Shown here piece by piece: positions 45,481 through 54,487 of a DNA stretch of 64,000 nt. The stretch is from assembly GCA_965203905.1 (NCBI GenBank), contig CBDBDQ010000005.1, positions 3,776,001-3,840,000 on the forward strand, in the 5' to 3' direction. Source of the stretch: Spirochaetia bacterium (GTDB lineage: Bacteria > Spirochaetota > Spirochaetia > SZUA-6 > Bin103). The notes under the pieces are model-generated. The model was not told the origin of the DNA. It saw only the letters and a program-made list of their open reading frames with translations, and did no database searches. How positions within the stretch are numbered: the stretch's first letter is position 1; every line of letters starts with the position of its first letter. A program made the translations under genes and the position numbers.

Positions 45481-45840
45481 ATGACGCCATCGAGCTACAT
45501 CCGGCTCGCGTTTCCGGCGCTCGCCGCGGTGCTGAGTTGCGCCGCCGCCGGAGCGCAGCCGGGTGCCGTGCGCGTCGGCGTCGAGTTCGGCAACCCCACC
45601 GTGGCGCTGATCGTGCGTCCGCATCCCCTGGACCTGCGCGTCGGGTACGACTTCGTGCGCCCCCGTGAACTCCTGTTCGTCAGCGCCGACTACCGGCTTG
45701 TAGATCGCTGTCCTCTGGCCGGCTCCCTCGGCCTGTTCGTGGAGGCGGTGCCGATATTGGAGGTATACCCCGATCTGGCGTTCAACCCCGCCGTTATGCA
45801 GGGTTACGCGGGGCTCACGGTTCGGCTTCCCGAACGGTAG
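45481..45840 (+). CDS. Small exported protein, possibly a shortened outer-membrane beta-barrel
   Basis: Signal peptide; alternating beta-strand patterns (VRVGVEFGNP, LDLRVGYDF, LFVSADYRL, QGYAGLTVRL). Confidence 0.5.
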   Translation: MTPSSYIRLAFPALAAVLSCAAAGAQPGAVRVGVEFGNPTVALIVRPHPLDLRVGYDFVRPRELLFVSADYRLVDRCPLAGSLGLFVEAVPILEVYPDLAFNPAVMQGYAGLTVRLPER

Positions 45841-45857
45841 CCGGCGCGGGACAGGCG

Positions 45858-47378
45858 ATGAGAAGGCACGATCACTCCGCGACAAGGAACACGATGAGAG
45901 CCGGCGCACCGGGATCGTCCGCCGGCGGGCGTTTTCGGATCAGAGGACGCCACATTCACCTGGTAGGGGCGAAGGGCACCGGGATGGCGGCGCTGGCGGA
46001 GATCCTGGCCGCACGCGGTGCGGTGCTGAGCGGTTCGGACGTGGCCGACCAGTTCCAGACGCAGGAGATTCTCGACCGGCTGGGGCTGCATCCGAGCGTG
46101 GGTTTCGCCGCCGCCGACCTGCCCCCGGAAACCGGCTGGGTGATCCATTCGGCAGCGTACGACCGGCGCGAGAATCCGCAGCTGCTGGCGGCGGCGGAGC
46201 GCGGAATCCCGCTCTCCAGCTACCCCGAGGCACTCGGGGAACTGTCCCGCTCGGCAAACTCGGTCGCGATCTCCGGGGTCCACGGCAAGACCACCACCAC
46301 GGCGCTGTGCGGGTTGCTGGTGGCGGCCCTGGAGCTCCCGGCCACCGTGCTGACCGCCACGGGCGTGCCGAACTTCGGCGGCGGCTCCACCCTGCTGCGC
46401 GGCTCCCGCTACCTGGTCGCAGAGACCTGCGAGTATCGCAACCACTTCGCCCACTTCCAGGCCCGGCACCTGGTGATCACCACCGTGGAGTTGGAGCACG
46501 TCGATGCGTTCCCGACCCACGCCGCGGTGGCGGCGGCCTTCAGCGGACTGGCGCACTCGCTGCCGGCGGGTGGCAATCTGATCTACTGTGCCGACGACCG
46601 TGGCGCGGCCGCGGTGGCGCTGGCGGTGGCCCGACGGCGACCGGACCTGCGGCTGCGCCCCTACGGCGAGCGCGCGGCCGGCCCGCTGCGGATCGGCGAG
46701 GTGAGCCTAACCGCCGGTGCGACCCGGTTTCGGCTGGACTGCCTCCGCGAGCGCGTCACGCTGCACGTGGCCGGGCGCCACAACGTGGCCAACGCCGCGG
46801 CGGCGGTGGCGGTGGCGGACGTGCTGCTGGCCGCGGAGGGCCGCCGGCTGGACCAGCCGGCGCAGGCGGCGGTGGTGCGGGCCCTGGGCGCCTACCGCGG
46901 CGGCAAGCGCCGCACCGAGGTGATCGGCGAGCTGCGCGGAATCCTGGTCATGGACGACTACGCCCATCATCCGACCGAGCTGAGCACGACGCTCGCCGGC
47001 CTGCGCGCGTTCTACCCGGAACGCCGGATCGTGGTGGATTTCATGAGCCACACGGTTTCGCGGACGCTGGCGCTGCTGGCCGACTTCGGCACTTCGTTCG
47101 CGGCAGCGGATGAGGTACTGCTGCACCCGGTCTACGCCTCCGCCCGGGAAGCGCCCGCCGGGGACGGCGAGCGGATCGGGCGCGCCCTGTTCCGGGAGGT
47201 GGCGCGGCATCATCCGCGGGTCCGCTACTGCGACACGCTGGCCACCGCCGCCACCTACCTGGCCGCCAGCCTCGGCGCCGGCGACCTGCTGGTCACCATG
47301 GGAGCGGGGGACAACTGGCGCGTCGGTCACGACGTCCTGAAGCGGCTGCCGCGAACCGGCGGCGGGAGCGTGGCATGA
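45858..47378 (+). CDS. murC: UDP-N-acetylmuramate--L-alanine ligase
   Basis: HLVGAKGTGMAALA, GSD, GVHGKTTTT, ETCEY, G.KRR.E, DDYAHHPTE, TMGAGD; start may be ATG 45894. Confidence 0.95.
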   Translation: MRRHDHSATRNTMRAGAPGSSAGGRFRIRGRHIHLVGAKGTGMAALAEILAARGAVLSGSDVADQFQTQEILDRLGLHPSVGFAAADLPPETGWVIHSAAYDRRENPQLLAAAERGIPLSSYPEALGELSRSANSVAISGVHGKTTTTALCGLLVAALELPATVLTATGVPNFGGGSTLLRGSRYLVAETCEYRNHFAHFQARHLVITTVELEHVDAFPTHAAVAAAFSGLAHSLPAGGNLIYCADDRGAAAVALAVARRRPDLRLRPYGERAAGPLRIGEVSLTAGATRFRLDCLRERVTLHVAGRHNVANAAAAVAVADVLLAAEGRRLDQPAQAAVVRALGAYRGGKRRTEVIGELRGILVMDDYAHHPTELSTTLAGLRAFYPERRIVVDFMSHTVSRTLALLADFGTSFAAADEVLLHPVYASAREAPAGDGERIGRALFREVARHHPRVRYCDTLATAATYLAASLGAGDLLVTMGAGDNWRVGHDVLKRLPRTGGGSVA

Positions 47379-48235
47379 GGAGCATGACCGGCTTCGGGCG
47401 TGCCGAGCACGTTACGCCGCGCTGGCGCATCAGCGTGGAGATCAGGTCCTACAACAGCCGCTACCTGGAGCTGCAGCTCAATGTTCCCACCGGCTTCGCG
47501 GAACTGGAGGCTCGCCTGCGTGCAGCGGTCGGCGAGCGAGTGGCGCGGGGGCGTGTCGAGCTGTCGCTGTCGCTGCTGGACCTGACCGACGCCGTGCAGG
47601 TGAAGGTCGATAGCGCCGCCGCCGGCGCCTACCTCACCGCCTTGCGCGAGCTGGCGGCGCTGGTAGACAGCGGTCCGGTTACTCTGAGCCACCTGTTGGC
47701 GGCCGGTGGCTTCCTGGGCGAGCAGCGCGAGCACCGGGTGGAGGAGGCGTGGACCGAATGCCGGTTTCCCCTGGAGCAGGCGCTGGCGCAGCTCGAGGCC
47801 GCGCGCATCCGCGACGGCACGGTGACCGCCAGGGACGTGGCCCGGCTGCTGGCGACGATCGAGGAGGAGGTCGGCATCATCGAGGCCGAGGCCCCCGAGG
47901 CGGCGCAGCGCATGCACGCCACCATGGCGGCGCGGGTACGCGAGCTGCTCGCCGAGTCCGTGGACGAGGGGCGCCTGGTTGCAGCGCTGGCCGCGGTCCT
48001 GGCCAAGGCCGACATCAACGAAGAGCTGGTGCGGCTGCGCGGGCACCTTGCCGCCTTTCAGCACGCCCTCGGCGCCGGCGAGCGGGCCAAGAAGCTGGAG
48101 TTCATCGGCCAGGAGATGATGCGCGAGGTCAATACGATCGCCGCCAAGGGGACCGCCTATGCCATGAGTGCCGCCGCGGTGCGGGCCAAGGCAGCCATCG
48201 AGCGTATTCGAGAGCACCTGCGGAACGTCGAGTAA
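47375..48235 (+). CDS. yicC: YicC/YloC family endoribonuclease
   Basis: MRSMTGFGR, RSYNSRYL, RGRVE, DINEELVRL..H, KKLEF..QEM.REVNTI..K, IRE...NVE. Confidence 0.9.
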   Translation: MRSMTGFGRAEHVTPRWRISVEIRSYNSRYLELQLNVPTGFAELEARLRAAVGERVARGRVELSLSLLDLTDAVQVKVDSAAAGAYLTALRELAALVDSGPVTLSHLLAAGGFLGEQREHRVEEAWTECRFPLEQALAQLEAARIRDGTVTARDVARLLATIEEEVGIIEAEAPEAAQRMHATMAARVRELLAESVDEGRLVAALAAVLAKADINEELVRLRGHLAAFQHALGAGERAKKLEFIGQEMMREVNTIAAKGTAYAMSAAAVRAKAAIERIREHLRNVE

Positions 48236-48744
48236 TGCGCATCGCGGTCTCCGGCAAGAGCGGGTGCGGGAATTCCACCGTGTCGCGGTTGGTGGCACGG
48301 CGGCTCGGCCTGCGGCTGATCAACTTTACCTTCAGGGAGTTGGCGCGGGAGTACGGGGTCGGCTTCGCCGAGTTGCACCGGCGGGCGGGTGCCGACCATT
48401 CCATCGACCGTACCCTGGACCGGCGCCAGTTGGCCGCGGCGGCGGCGGGGGACTGCGTGCTCGGATCGCGGCTCGCCATCTGGCTGCTTACGGACGCGGA
48501 TCTGAAGGTGTACCTGGCGGGGACGCCGGAGGTGCGGGCGCGGCGCATCGCAGACCGCGAAGGCGTTCCGTACGCGACGGCGCTGGCGGCCATGAACCAG
48601 CGTGACACCCTGGACCGCGGGCGCTACCTCGCCCTGTACGACATCGACATCAACGACTACCGGCACGCCGACCTGGTGCTGGACACCGCGGCGCTGGATC
48701 AGTTTCAGGTGGCGGCGGCCATCGTCGGGGCCGCCGAACGCTGA
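48235..48744 (+). CDS. cmk: Cytidylate kinase-like NMP kinase (spirochaete type)
   Basis: MRIAVSGKSGCGNSTVS, INFTFR, VLGSRLAIW, RARRI..RE; TAATG overlap with yicC. Confidence 0.85.
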   Translation: MRIAVSGKSGCGNSTVSRLVARRLGLRLINFTFRELAREYGVGFAELHRRAGADHSIDRTLDRRQLAAAAAGDCVLGSRLAIWLLTDADLKVYLAGTPEVRARRIADREGVPYATALAAMNQRDTLDRGRYLALYDIDINDYRHADLVLDTAALDQFQVAAAIVGAAER

Positions 48745-48777
48745 ACCGGCGCCTGCCGGCGCCGCGCCGCGCGGAGG

Positions 48778-49743
48778 TCAGGATGCGGCAGACTGCTTGC
48801 CGTGCTGCGGCAGGTTCTTTCGGCACCAGGCGACCTGCCGCTCGAGGCCGTCGACCAGCGCCGTTCGCGGGGCGTATCCAAGCAGCTCCCTGGCCTTCTC
48901 GATGCGCGCCCGGGTCTCGACCTGGTCGCCCGGACGCGGCGGCACGATACGGAGCCGGGCCCGTGTGCCGACGATCCGCTCCACGGTATCGATCACCTCA
49001 CCGGTCGTTCGTTCGGTATCCGAGCCGATGTTGAACACCTCGCCGACGCCGCTGCTGCGCCGTGCCAGTACGCTCACCAGCCCGGCAACCGCGTCTCCGA
49101 CGTAGGTAAAGGAACGCCGGTGTTCCCGACTCCCCTCGTGAAGGGGGAACTCCTGCTCGCCGAGCAGGCTCGTGATCAGCTTGCTGAACAACTTGTCCGG
49201 ACGCTCTCGGGGGCCGTACACGGAGTAGAGTCGCATGGCACAGACCGGGAGTCTGCCCTCCCGCCAGTAGGCCAGCGCGAGCTGCTCGGCGGCGAGCTTG
49301 GTGACCCCGTAGTAGGAGGTCGGCTCCGGCGCGGCCGTCTCCGGAGAGGTGGCCCGCTTGCCGTACACCGAGGAGGTGGACGCGTAGACGAAGAGCGGGG
49401 GCTGCCGCCAACTGCTGCATGTTTCCAGCAGCGCGTGAGTGGCCACGATATTGTTGCGTACGTAGACCGGCATCCCGACCGCGGCCGAGATACCGGGCTG
49501 TGCCGCCAGGTGAAACACCGCCGCGGTCTCCGGCAGCACGCGCGGCAACTCTTCGGCAGCGAGATCGCAGGGAATGATCCTGACTCCTGTCTCGCACAGC
49601 TCCGCGGCTGTCCGCCGCTTCAGCCGGGCCGGGTAGTAGTCGTCGAAACAGTCGACGCCCACCACTTCGTGGCCGTCCGCGCCCAGCGTCTCGCAGAGGT
49701 GGGAGCCTACGAACCCGGCCGCACCGGTAACAAGCACCTTCAA
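48778..49743 (-). CDS. NAD-dependent nucleotide-sugar epimerase/dehydratase (UDP-glucuronate 4-epimerase-like)
   Basis: VTGAAGFVG, HLAAQPG, STSSVYG, YGVTK, VYGPRERPD; AGGAG RBS before TTG. Confidence 0.9.
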   Translation of the reverse strand: MKVLVTGAAGFVGSHLCETLGADGHEVVGVDCFDDYYPARLKRRTAAELCETGVRIIPCDLAAEELPRVLPETAAVFHLAAQPGISAAVGMPVYVRNNIVATHALLETCSSWRQPPLFVYASTSSVYGKRATSPETAAPEPTSYYGVTKLAAEQLALAYWREGRLPVCAMRLYSVYGPRERPDKLFSKLITSLLGEQEFPLHEGSREHRRSFTYVGDAVAGLVSVLARRSSGVGEVFNIGSDTERTTGEVIDTVERIVGTRARLRIVPPRPGDQVETRARIEKARELLGYAPRTALVDGLERQVAWCRKNLPQHGKQSAAS

Positions 49744-49801
49744 CGTCGTATCTCCTCGCTTACGATATACAGACCGGGCCGAATCAAGTATATTGCACGG
49801 C

Positions 49802-49993
49802 GTGATTCTTCCGCTCTCACTGCTGCTTGGAAACGTCGACAACCGGTACGAACTGTCGGCCGCCGCCATCCGCCGCTCGCACCAGCTTACCATCACCGGC
49901 GATGAAGACGTGGATGCCAACAAGGGCAAGGTAGTCTCCGCCTCCATCAAGCAGATCCTCACCAAGAAGGTGAAGTACCAGATCGAACGGTAG
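49802..49993 (+). CDS. rpoZ: RNA polymerase omega subunit (spirochaete type)
   Basis: MILPLSLL....NRYELSAAAIRRSHQL.....NKGKVVSASIKQIL..KVKY; position just upstream of miaA. Confidence 0.75.
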   Translation: MILPLSLLLGNVDNRYELSAAAIRRSHQLTITGDEDVDANKGKVVSASIKQILTKKVKYQIER

Positions 49994-49997
49994 CGGC

Positions 49998-50930
49998 TTG
50001 GCGCCGGATCCGGCTCGACCTCCGGTCGTGCTGCTGTTGGGCGCGACCGCGGTGGGCAAGTCCGCGCTGTTGGAGCAGTTGGTGCCGCTCCTGGCGGGTT
50101 GTCGCGCCGAGGTGATAAACGCGGACTCGCGCCAAGTTTATCGTCACATGGACATCGGTACCGCGAAGCCGTCGCTGCACCTGCGCCGGTCGTTGCCGCA
50201 TCACCTGGTCGACGTGGTTGATCCGGACGTGCAGTTCACCGCCGGCGGTTTCGTGCGCAATGCCGATCGGCTGGTGCGGCAGATCCGTGACCGTGGCGGG
50301 ACGCCGCTGGTTGCCGGTGGCGCGGCGTTCTACCTGTGGTCGTTCCTGCACGGCCTGTCGGCGGCGCCGCCGGCAGACACGGCGCTGCGCACGGAGCTGC
50401 AGGAGCGGGCCCGGAAGGACGGAACGGCGGCCCTGCACCGGGAGTTGGCGCTGCACGATCCGACCACTGCGGGCCGGCTTCCCGTCGCCGATACCAACCG
50501 CATCGTGCGTGCCCTGGAGGTGCACCGGCTTACCGGGCAGCCACTGTCGTCGTTCCGCAGTCCCGCGGCCGCACGCCGCGACTGCCGGGTGCTCACCGTC
50601 GGGCTGCAGCGCGAGCGGGCGGAGCTGTATGCCCGCATCGACCGGCGCGTGGAGCAGATGTTCGCCGTCGGGCTGGACGCCGAGGTGGCGGCGCTGCGCG
50701 CCCGCGGCTATCACGCCGACACCCCCGGAATGCGCAGCATCGGCTACGCCGAATTCTTCCGCGACCTCTCGCCGCCGGCACGCCGCGACTTGATACAGCG
50801 CAACAGCCGGCGCTTCGCCAAGCGGCAGCTCACCTTTTTCCGGCGCTTCCCCGCCGTCCTCTGGTTCCCGGCCGCCGATGTGGACGGCGTGGGAGCCGCC
50901 CTGCAGCGCTTCTTTCTTGCGCCGAATTGA
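49998..50930 (+). CDS. miaA: tRNA dimethylallyltransferase
   Basis: GATAVGKS, NADSRQVY..MDIGTAKP, PHHL, RIVRALEV, IGY.E, AKRQ.TFF. Confidence 0.95.
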   Translation: MAPDPARPPVVLLLGATAVGKSALLEQLVPLLAGCRAEVINADSRQVYRHMDIGTAKPSLHLRRSLPHHLVDVVDPDVQFTAGGFVRNADRLVRQIRDRGGTPLVAGGAAFYLWSFLHGLSAAPPADTALRTELQERARKDGTAALHRELALHDPTTAGRLPVADTNRIVRALEVHRLTGQPLSSFRSPAAARRDCRVLTVGLQRERAELYARIDRRVEQMFAVGLDAEVAALRARGYHADTPGMRSIGYAEFFRDLSPPARRDLIQRNSRRFAKRQLTFFRRFPAVLWFPAADVDGVGAALQRFFLAPN

Positions 50931-50976
50931 TCCGCGGCGCCGTCGCGGACCGAGAAGAGCGGAAAGCGCGGTCGGC

Positions 50977-51008
50977 TTGACAGCGCGCAGCGGATGCGCG
51001 ATAGTAAT
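50977..51008 (+). promoter_or_regulatory. Putative sigma70 promoter upstream of the bS22 gene
   Basis: TTGACA at 50977 followed by GATAGTAAT about 17 nt later. Confidence 0.45.
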
Positions 51009-51079
51009 GTCCGCGCAGCGAACCGCTCGGTAGCCCGTGACGGCGCGGCGCGGGTCGTGGTTCCCGCGGCCGCAATAAT

Positions 51080-51114
51080 TCGTTACGACAGATCGTTACG
51101 AAGATTCGTCACGA
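51080..51114. repeat. Three palindromic TCGT-N-ACGA 9-mers at a 13-bp period
   Basis: TCGTTACGA at 51080, TCGTTACGA at 51093, TCGTCACGA at 51106. Confidence 0.85.
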
Positions 51115-51138
51115 CAAGTCCTTGGGAGTATCTGGTCA

Positions 51139-51228
51139 ATGCCGTGTGGGCGGAAACGCAAGCGCCACAAAATAGCGACACATAAGCGCAAGAAGAAGCT
51201 GCGAAAGAACCGGCACAAGAAGAGGTAG
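51139..51228 (+). CDS. 30S ribosomal protein bS22 (AURKAIP1/COX24 family small basic protein)
   Basis: MPCGRKRKRHKIATHKRKKKLRKNRHKKR*; GGGAG RBS; below the ORF-track size cutoff. Confidence 0.9.
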   Translation: MPCGRKRKRHKIATHKRKKKLRKNRHKKR

Positions 51229-51279
51229 GGGTACGACCGCTGCCGGGCGCGGCGCTGATGACGCGCACCGGCGCGGGCC

Positions 51280-52449
51280 GTGATGATGCGCTACGACGTG
51301 TGTCACAACCTGCGGGTAAGCCCTCTCGGGGGCCGGCGGCCGGCGTCTGCGGGAGCCGCTCCGCCAGCCCTGGCCGAAATCCGTATCGACGCCCTCGGCA
51401 AGGCACAGTGCCGCGCGGTTACGGTGGCGTTGCGTGAGGCCGGCGCGCGGATTCGGCTGCGTGGCGCAACCTTGTTCGCGACGCTGTCCGGCGATTGCGT
51501 TGCCAGGGTGGCCGCGCGCTGGCAGGCCCGCGCCGACACCCACCAGCTCGGCGTCGAGCTGGCGGCCGCATGGGAGCCGCTGCCCGGTGTCATAGCCGTG
51601 TCCGGCACAGCGCTCGACTATCGCGGTCGTGCCCTGGTAATGGGCATCATCAATACCACTCCGGATTCGTTCTACCCGCCCAGCCGCCGGTGCGCCGGCG
51701 CCGCAGCGGACGTCGCGTTGCGCATGGCGGAGCAGGGCGCCGACCTCATCGATATCGGTGGCGAGTCCACCCGCCCGGGTGCCGACCCGGTCCCCGCGGC
51801 CGAAGAGGTTCGGCGCGTGGTGCCCGCGGTCGAGGCGGTGGCTGCCGCCGGTGGTCCGCCGGTATCGATCGACACCGCCAAGGCCGAGGTGGCGGCGGCG
51901 GCGCTGGATGCCGGTGCCGGCATGGTCAACGACGTCTCGGGCCTGGGCGATCCGCGGCTGCGCCGACTGGTAGCGGAACGCGGCGTGCCCGCCGTGGTGA
52001 TGCACATGCGCGGTTCGCCGCGCACCATGCAGCGGGGGATACACTACGCGGACACCGTCGGCGAAGTGCTGGGGGAGCTCAAGCGACGCCTCAACGACGC
52101 GCTGGACGCCGGCATCCGGCGCCGGCAACTGATCGTCGACCCGGGCATCGGTTTCGGCAAGCGGGTGGGCGACAACCTGCGTCTGCTGCAGGGGCTGCCC
52201 GCGCTGCGCGCGCTCGGGCCGGTGCTCATCGGCGTGTCGCGCAAGTCGTTTCTCGGCAAGCTGCTCGGCGCTGCGCTGGAGGACCGGCTTGCCGCTACCA
52301 CGGCAGCCAACACCATCGCCCTGCTGCGCGGTGCCGACATCCTGCGGGTCCACGACGTGGCGGCGGCGGCCCAGACGGTGCGGCTGGTCGCCGAGCTGGC
52401 AGCGCAGGGGCAAGAGGAGCCTGCCGGCGACGGGGCGACTGCCGGTTGA
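51280..52449 (+). CDS. folP: Dihydropteroate synthase with an N-terminal extension
   Basis: MGIINTTPDSF, DIGGESTRPG, SIDT, NDVSG, MHMRG, DPGIGFGK, GVSRKSF, RVHDV; start uncertain. Confidence 0.9.
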   Translation: MMMRYDVCHNLRVSPLGGRRPASAGAAPPALAEIRIDALGKAQCRAVTVALREAGARIRLRGATLFATLSGDCVARVAARWQARADTHQLGVELAAAWEPLPGVIAVSGTALDYRGRALVMGIINTTPDSFYPPSRRCAGAAADVALRMAEQGADLIDIGGESTRPGADPVPAAEEVRRVVPAVEAVAAAGGPPVSIDTAKAEVAAAALDAGAGMVNDVSGLGDPRLRRLVAERGVPAVVMHMRGSPRTMQRGIHYADTVGEVLGELKRRLNDALDAGIRRRQLIVDPGIGFGKRVGDNLRLLQGLPALRALGPVLIGVSRKSFLGKLLGAALEDRLAATTAANTIALLRGADILRVHDVAAAAQTVRLVAELAAQGQEEPAGDGATAG

Positions 52450-52512
52450 CGGCCGGCGGCTGGCGCGGGATGGTGGGGCCGCGGCAGGCAAGTGCCGCAT
52501 GGTGATTGAACG

Positions 52513-52917
52513 GTGATCCTGGGGGTCGGCATCGACGTTGTGCATCCGCAACGGCTGCGGCGCTGGCAGGCGATTCCCGGCCTGCTGGAGCGGTTCTATC
52601 ATCCGGCCGAGCTGGAGCAGTGTCGCAAGCGCAGCGGGGCGGCGGTGCTGCTGTCGTTGGCGGCCCGCTTCGCGGCCAAGGAGGCGTTCGGCAAGGCACT
52701 GGGCTCGGGTCTTGCGGGGCTCTCGTTGCGTGACATGGCGGTGATGAACAACAGCCTCGGCAAGCCGGAGATGCGGCTCACCGGCTCGGCCCGGGCCGCA
52801 TTCGAGCGGATCGGCGGGACGCGTGTGTTCATTTCGCTGTCTCACGAGAAGGAAGCGGTCCTGGCCATGTGCGTGATCGAGGGAGACCCGGCGGTCGCCG
52901 AGGTGGACGGCGCGTGA
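52513..52917 (+). CDS. acpS: Holo-ACP synthase
   Basis: GVGIDVV, LAARFAAKEAFGKALG.G, GKP, ISLSHE. Confidence 0.95.
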   Translation: MILGVGIDVVHPQRLRRWQAIPGLLERFYHPAELEQCRKRSGAAVLLSLAARFAAKEAFGKALGSGLAGLSLRDMAVMNNSLGKPEMRLTGSARAAFERIGGTRVFISLSHEKEAVLAMCVIEGDPAVAEVDGA

Positions 52918-53702
52918 CCCGGGGGTCGCCGGTCCGCCTCGCGGCCGGCGAGACCAACGTCATGCTCACCCTCGCGTACGACGGTACCGACTTTGCCGGC
53001 TGGCAGGTGCAGCAGGGGCCGCGCACCGTCCAGGGAACCCTGGAGGCGGGGCTGGCGCGCATGCTGGGCCGTCCGGTGCGGGTGCGTGCCGCGGGGCGTA
53101 CCGATTCCGGCGTCCACGCCGTGGGTCAGGTCGTCAACTTCAGCGCCGCGATGAGCTTCCCCGCGGAACGCTGGGCGGTGGCCGTGAATTCCTACCTCCC
53201 GCCCGATGTCCGCGTGCTCGCCGCGCGGCCCGTGGCCGGTGACTTCGACGCGCGCCGCTCGGCATTGGCGCGCGTGTATCACTACCAGCTGCTGTGCGGC
53301 CCGGTAGGACTGCCGCACCTGCGGCGCTACTGCTACCACGTGCGGAGGCACCTGGACCTGCGCTACCTGAACCGCGCTGCGGCCTGCCTCGTGGGTGAGC
53401 ACGACTTCACGGTGTTCGCGGCGGCCGGAGACCCGAGCCGCTCCCGGGTACGGCGGGTGCTCAGCGCCGCCTTCTTCCCGCGGGCGCCGTACGTGGTGTT
53501 CCGCATTGTCGCCACCTCGTTTCTCTGGAAGATGGTGCGCAGCATTGTGGGCACCCTGCTGGAGTTGGCGGAGATCGGCACCCCGGCCACCGATGTCGGC
53601 CGCCTGTTGGCGCGCCGTACGCGCGCGGACGTGGGGCAGACGGCGCCTGCGCGCGGCCTGTTTCTGGAGCGGGTGTGGTATCCTTCCCGCTTCGAGGCAT
53701 GA
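52914..53702 (+). CDS. truA: tRNA pseudouridine(38-40) synthase
   Basis: AYDGTDFAGWQ.Q, AGRTDSGVHA.GQ, G.HDF..F, FL.KMVR.IVG, TAPARGLFL. Confidence 0.95.
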   Translation: MTRGSPVRLAAGETNVMLTLAYDGTDFAGWQVQQGPRTVQGTLEAGLARMLGRPVRVRAAGRTDSGVHAVGQVVNFSAAMSFPAERWAVAVNSYLPPDVRVLAARPVAGDFDARRSALARVYHYQLLCGPVGLPHLRRYCYHVRRHLDLRYLNRAAACLVGEHDFTVFAAAGDPSRSRVRRVLSAAFFPRAPYVVFRIVATSFLWKMVRSIVGTLLELAEIGTPATDVGRLLARRTRADVGQTAPARGLFLERVWYPSRFEA

Positions 53703-54478
53703 CCCGCGACCAGCGCTTCTGGCGCCTGCTTACCCTGGTGGAAGACTATTACACCACCGGCGAACGCACCGCCGGCGATCCGCCCGCCGTGCGTTTCCCG
53801 GGCATTTTCGCGCCAGGCGAGGGGCCCGCGGCCGCGGCTGCGCCCGCGACCGATCAGGCCGCTGCCGCCGACAGCCTGGCCCGGGTGGCGGTGGAAGTGG
53901 CGGCGTGCCGCGCCTGCGGGCTGTGCGGCGGCCGCACCAACACGGTGCCCGGAGAGGGGGACTCGCGCCCCCGAGTCGTGGTGATCGGCGAGGGGCCGGG
54001 GCGGGAGGAGGATCGCAGCGGGCGGCCGTTCGTGGGTCCGGCCGGCCAGTACCTGGACCGCTGGCTGGCGGCCATCGACCTGCAGCGCGACGCGAACTGC
54101 TTCATCACCAACGTGGTGAAGTGCCGGCCTCCCGACAACCGCGATCCGCTGCCCGCGGAGTCGGACGCCTGCCTGCCGTTCCTGCAGCGGCAGATCCGCC
54201 TGTTGCGGCCGCGGGCGCTGCTCAGCGTCGGACGTATCGCCAGCCAGGTGCTCACCGGCCGCAATGCGCCGATCGGGGCGCTGCGCGGCCAGGTCTACCA
54301 CTACGCGGTTGCCGGCTCGCCCCATCCGCTGCCGCTGGTGACCACCTATCATCCCAGCGGCGTGCTCCGCAACCAGTCCCTGCGGCGCGCGGTGTGGGAC
54401 GACCTGCGCCTCTTGCAGCGGGTGATCGCCGCGGATGGCGGCTCCGCACCCGCGACTTCCGCCTCCGCACCGGGTTAG
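53699..54478 (+). CDS. Uracil-DNA glycosylase, family 4
   Basis: C..C.L, GEGPG.EED..G.PFVG, NVVKCRPP.NR.P, TYHPS. Confidence 0.9.
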   Translation: MTRDQRFWRLLTLVEDYYTTGERTAGDPPAVRFPGIFAPGEGPAAAAAPATDQAAAADSLARVAVEVAACRACGLCGGRTNTVPGEGDSRPRVVVIGEGPGREEDRSGRPFVGPAGQYLDRWLAAIDLQRDANCFITNVVKCRPPDNRDPLPAESDACLPFLQRQIRLLRPRALLSVGRIASQVLTGRNAPIGALRGQVYHYAVAGSPHPLPLVTTYHPSGVLRNQSLRRAVWDDLRLLQRVIAADGGSAPATSASAPG

Positions 54479-54487
54479 GGGACGCCG

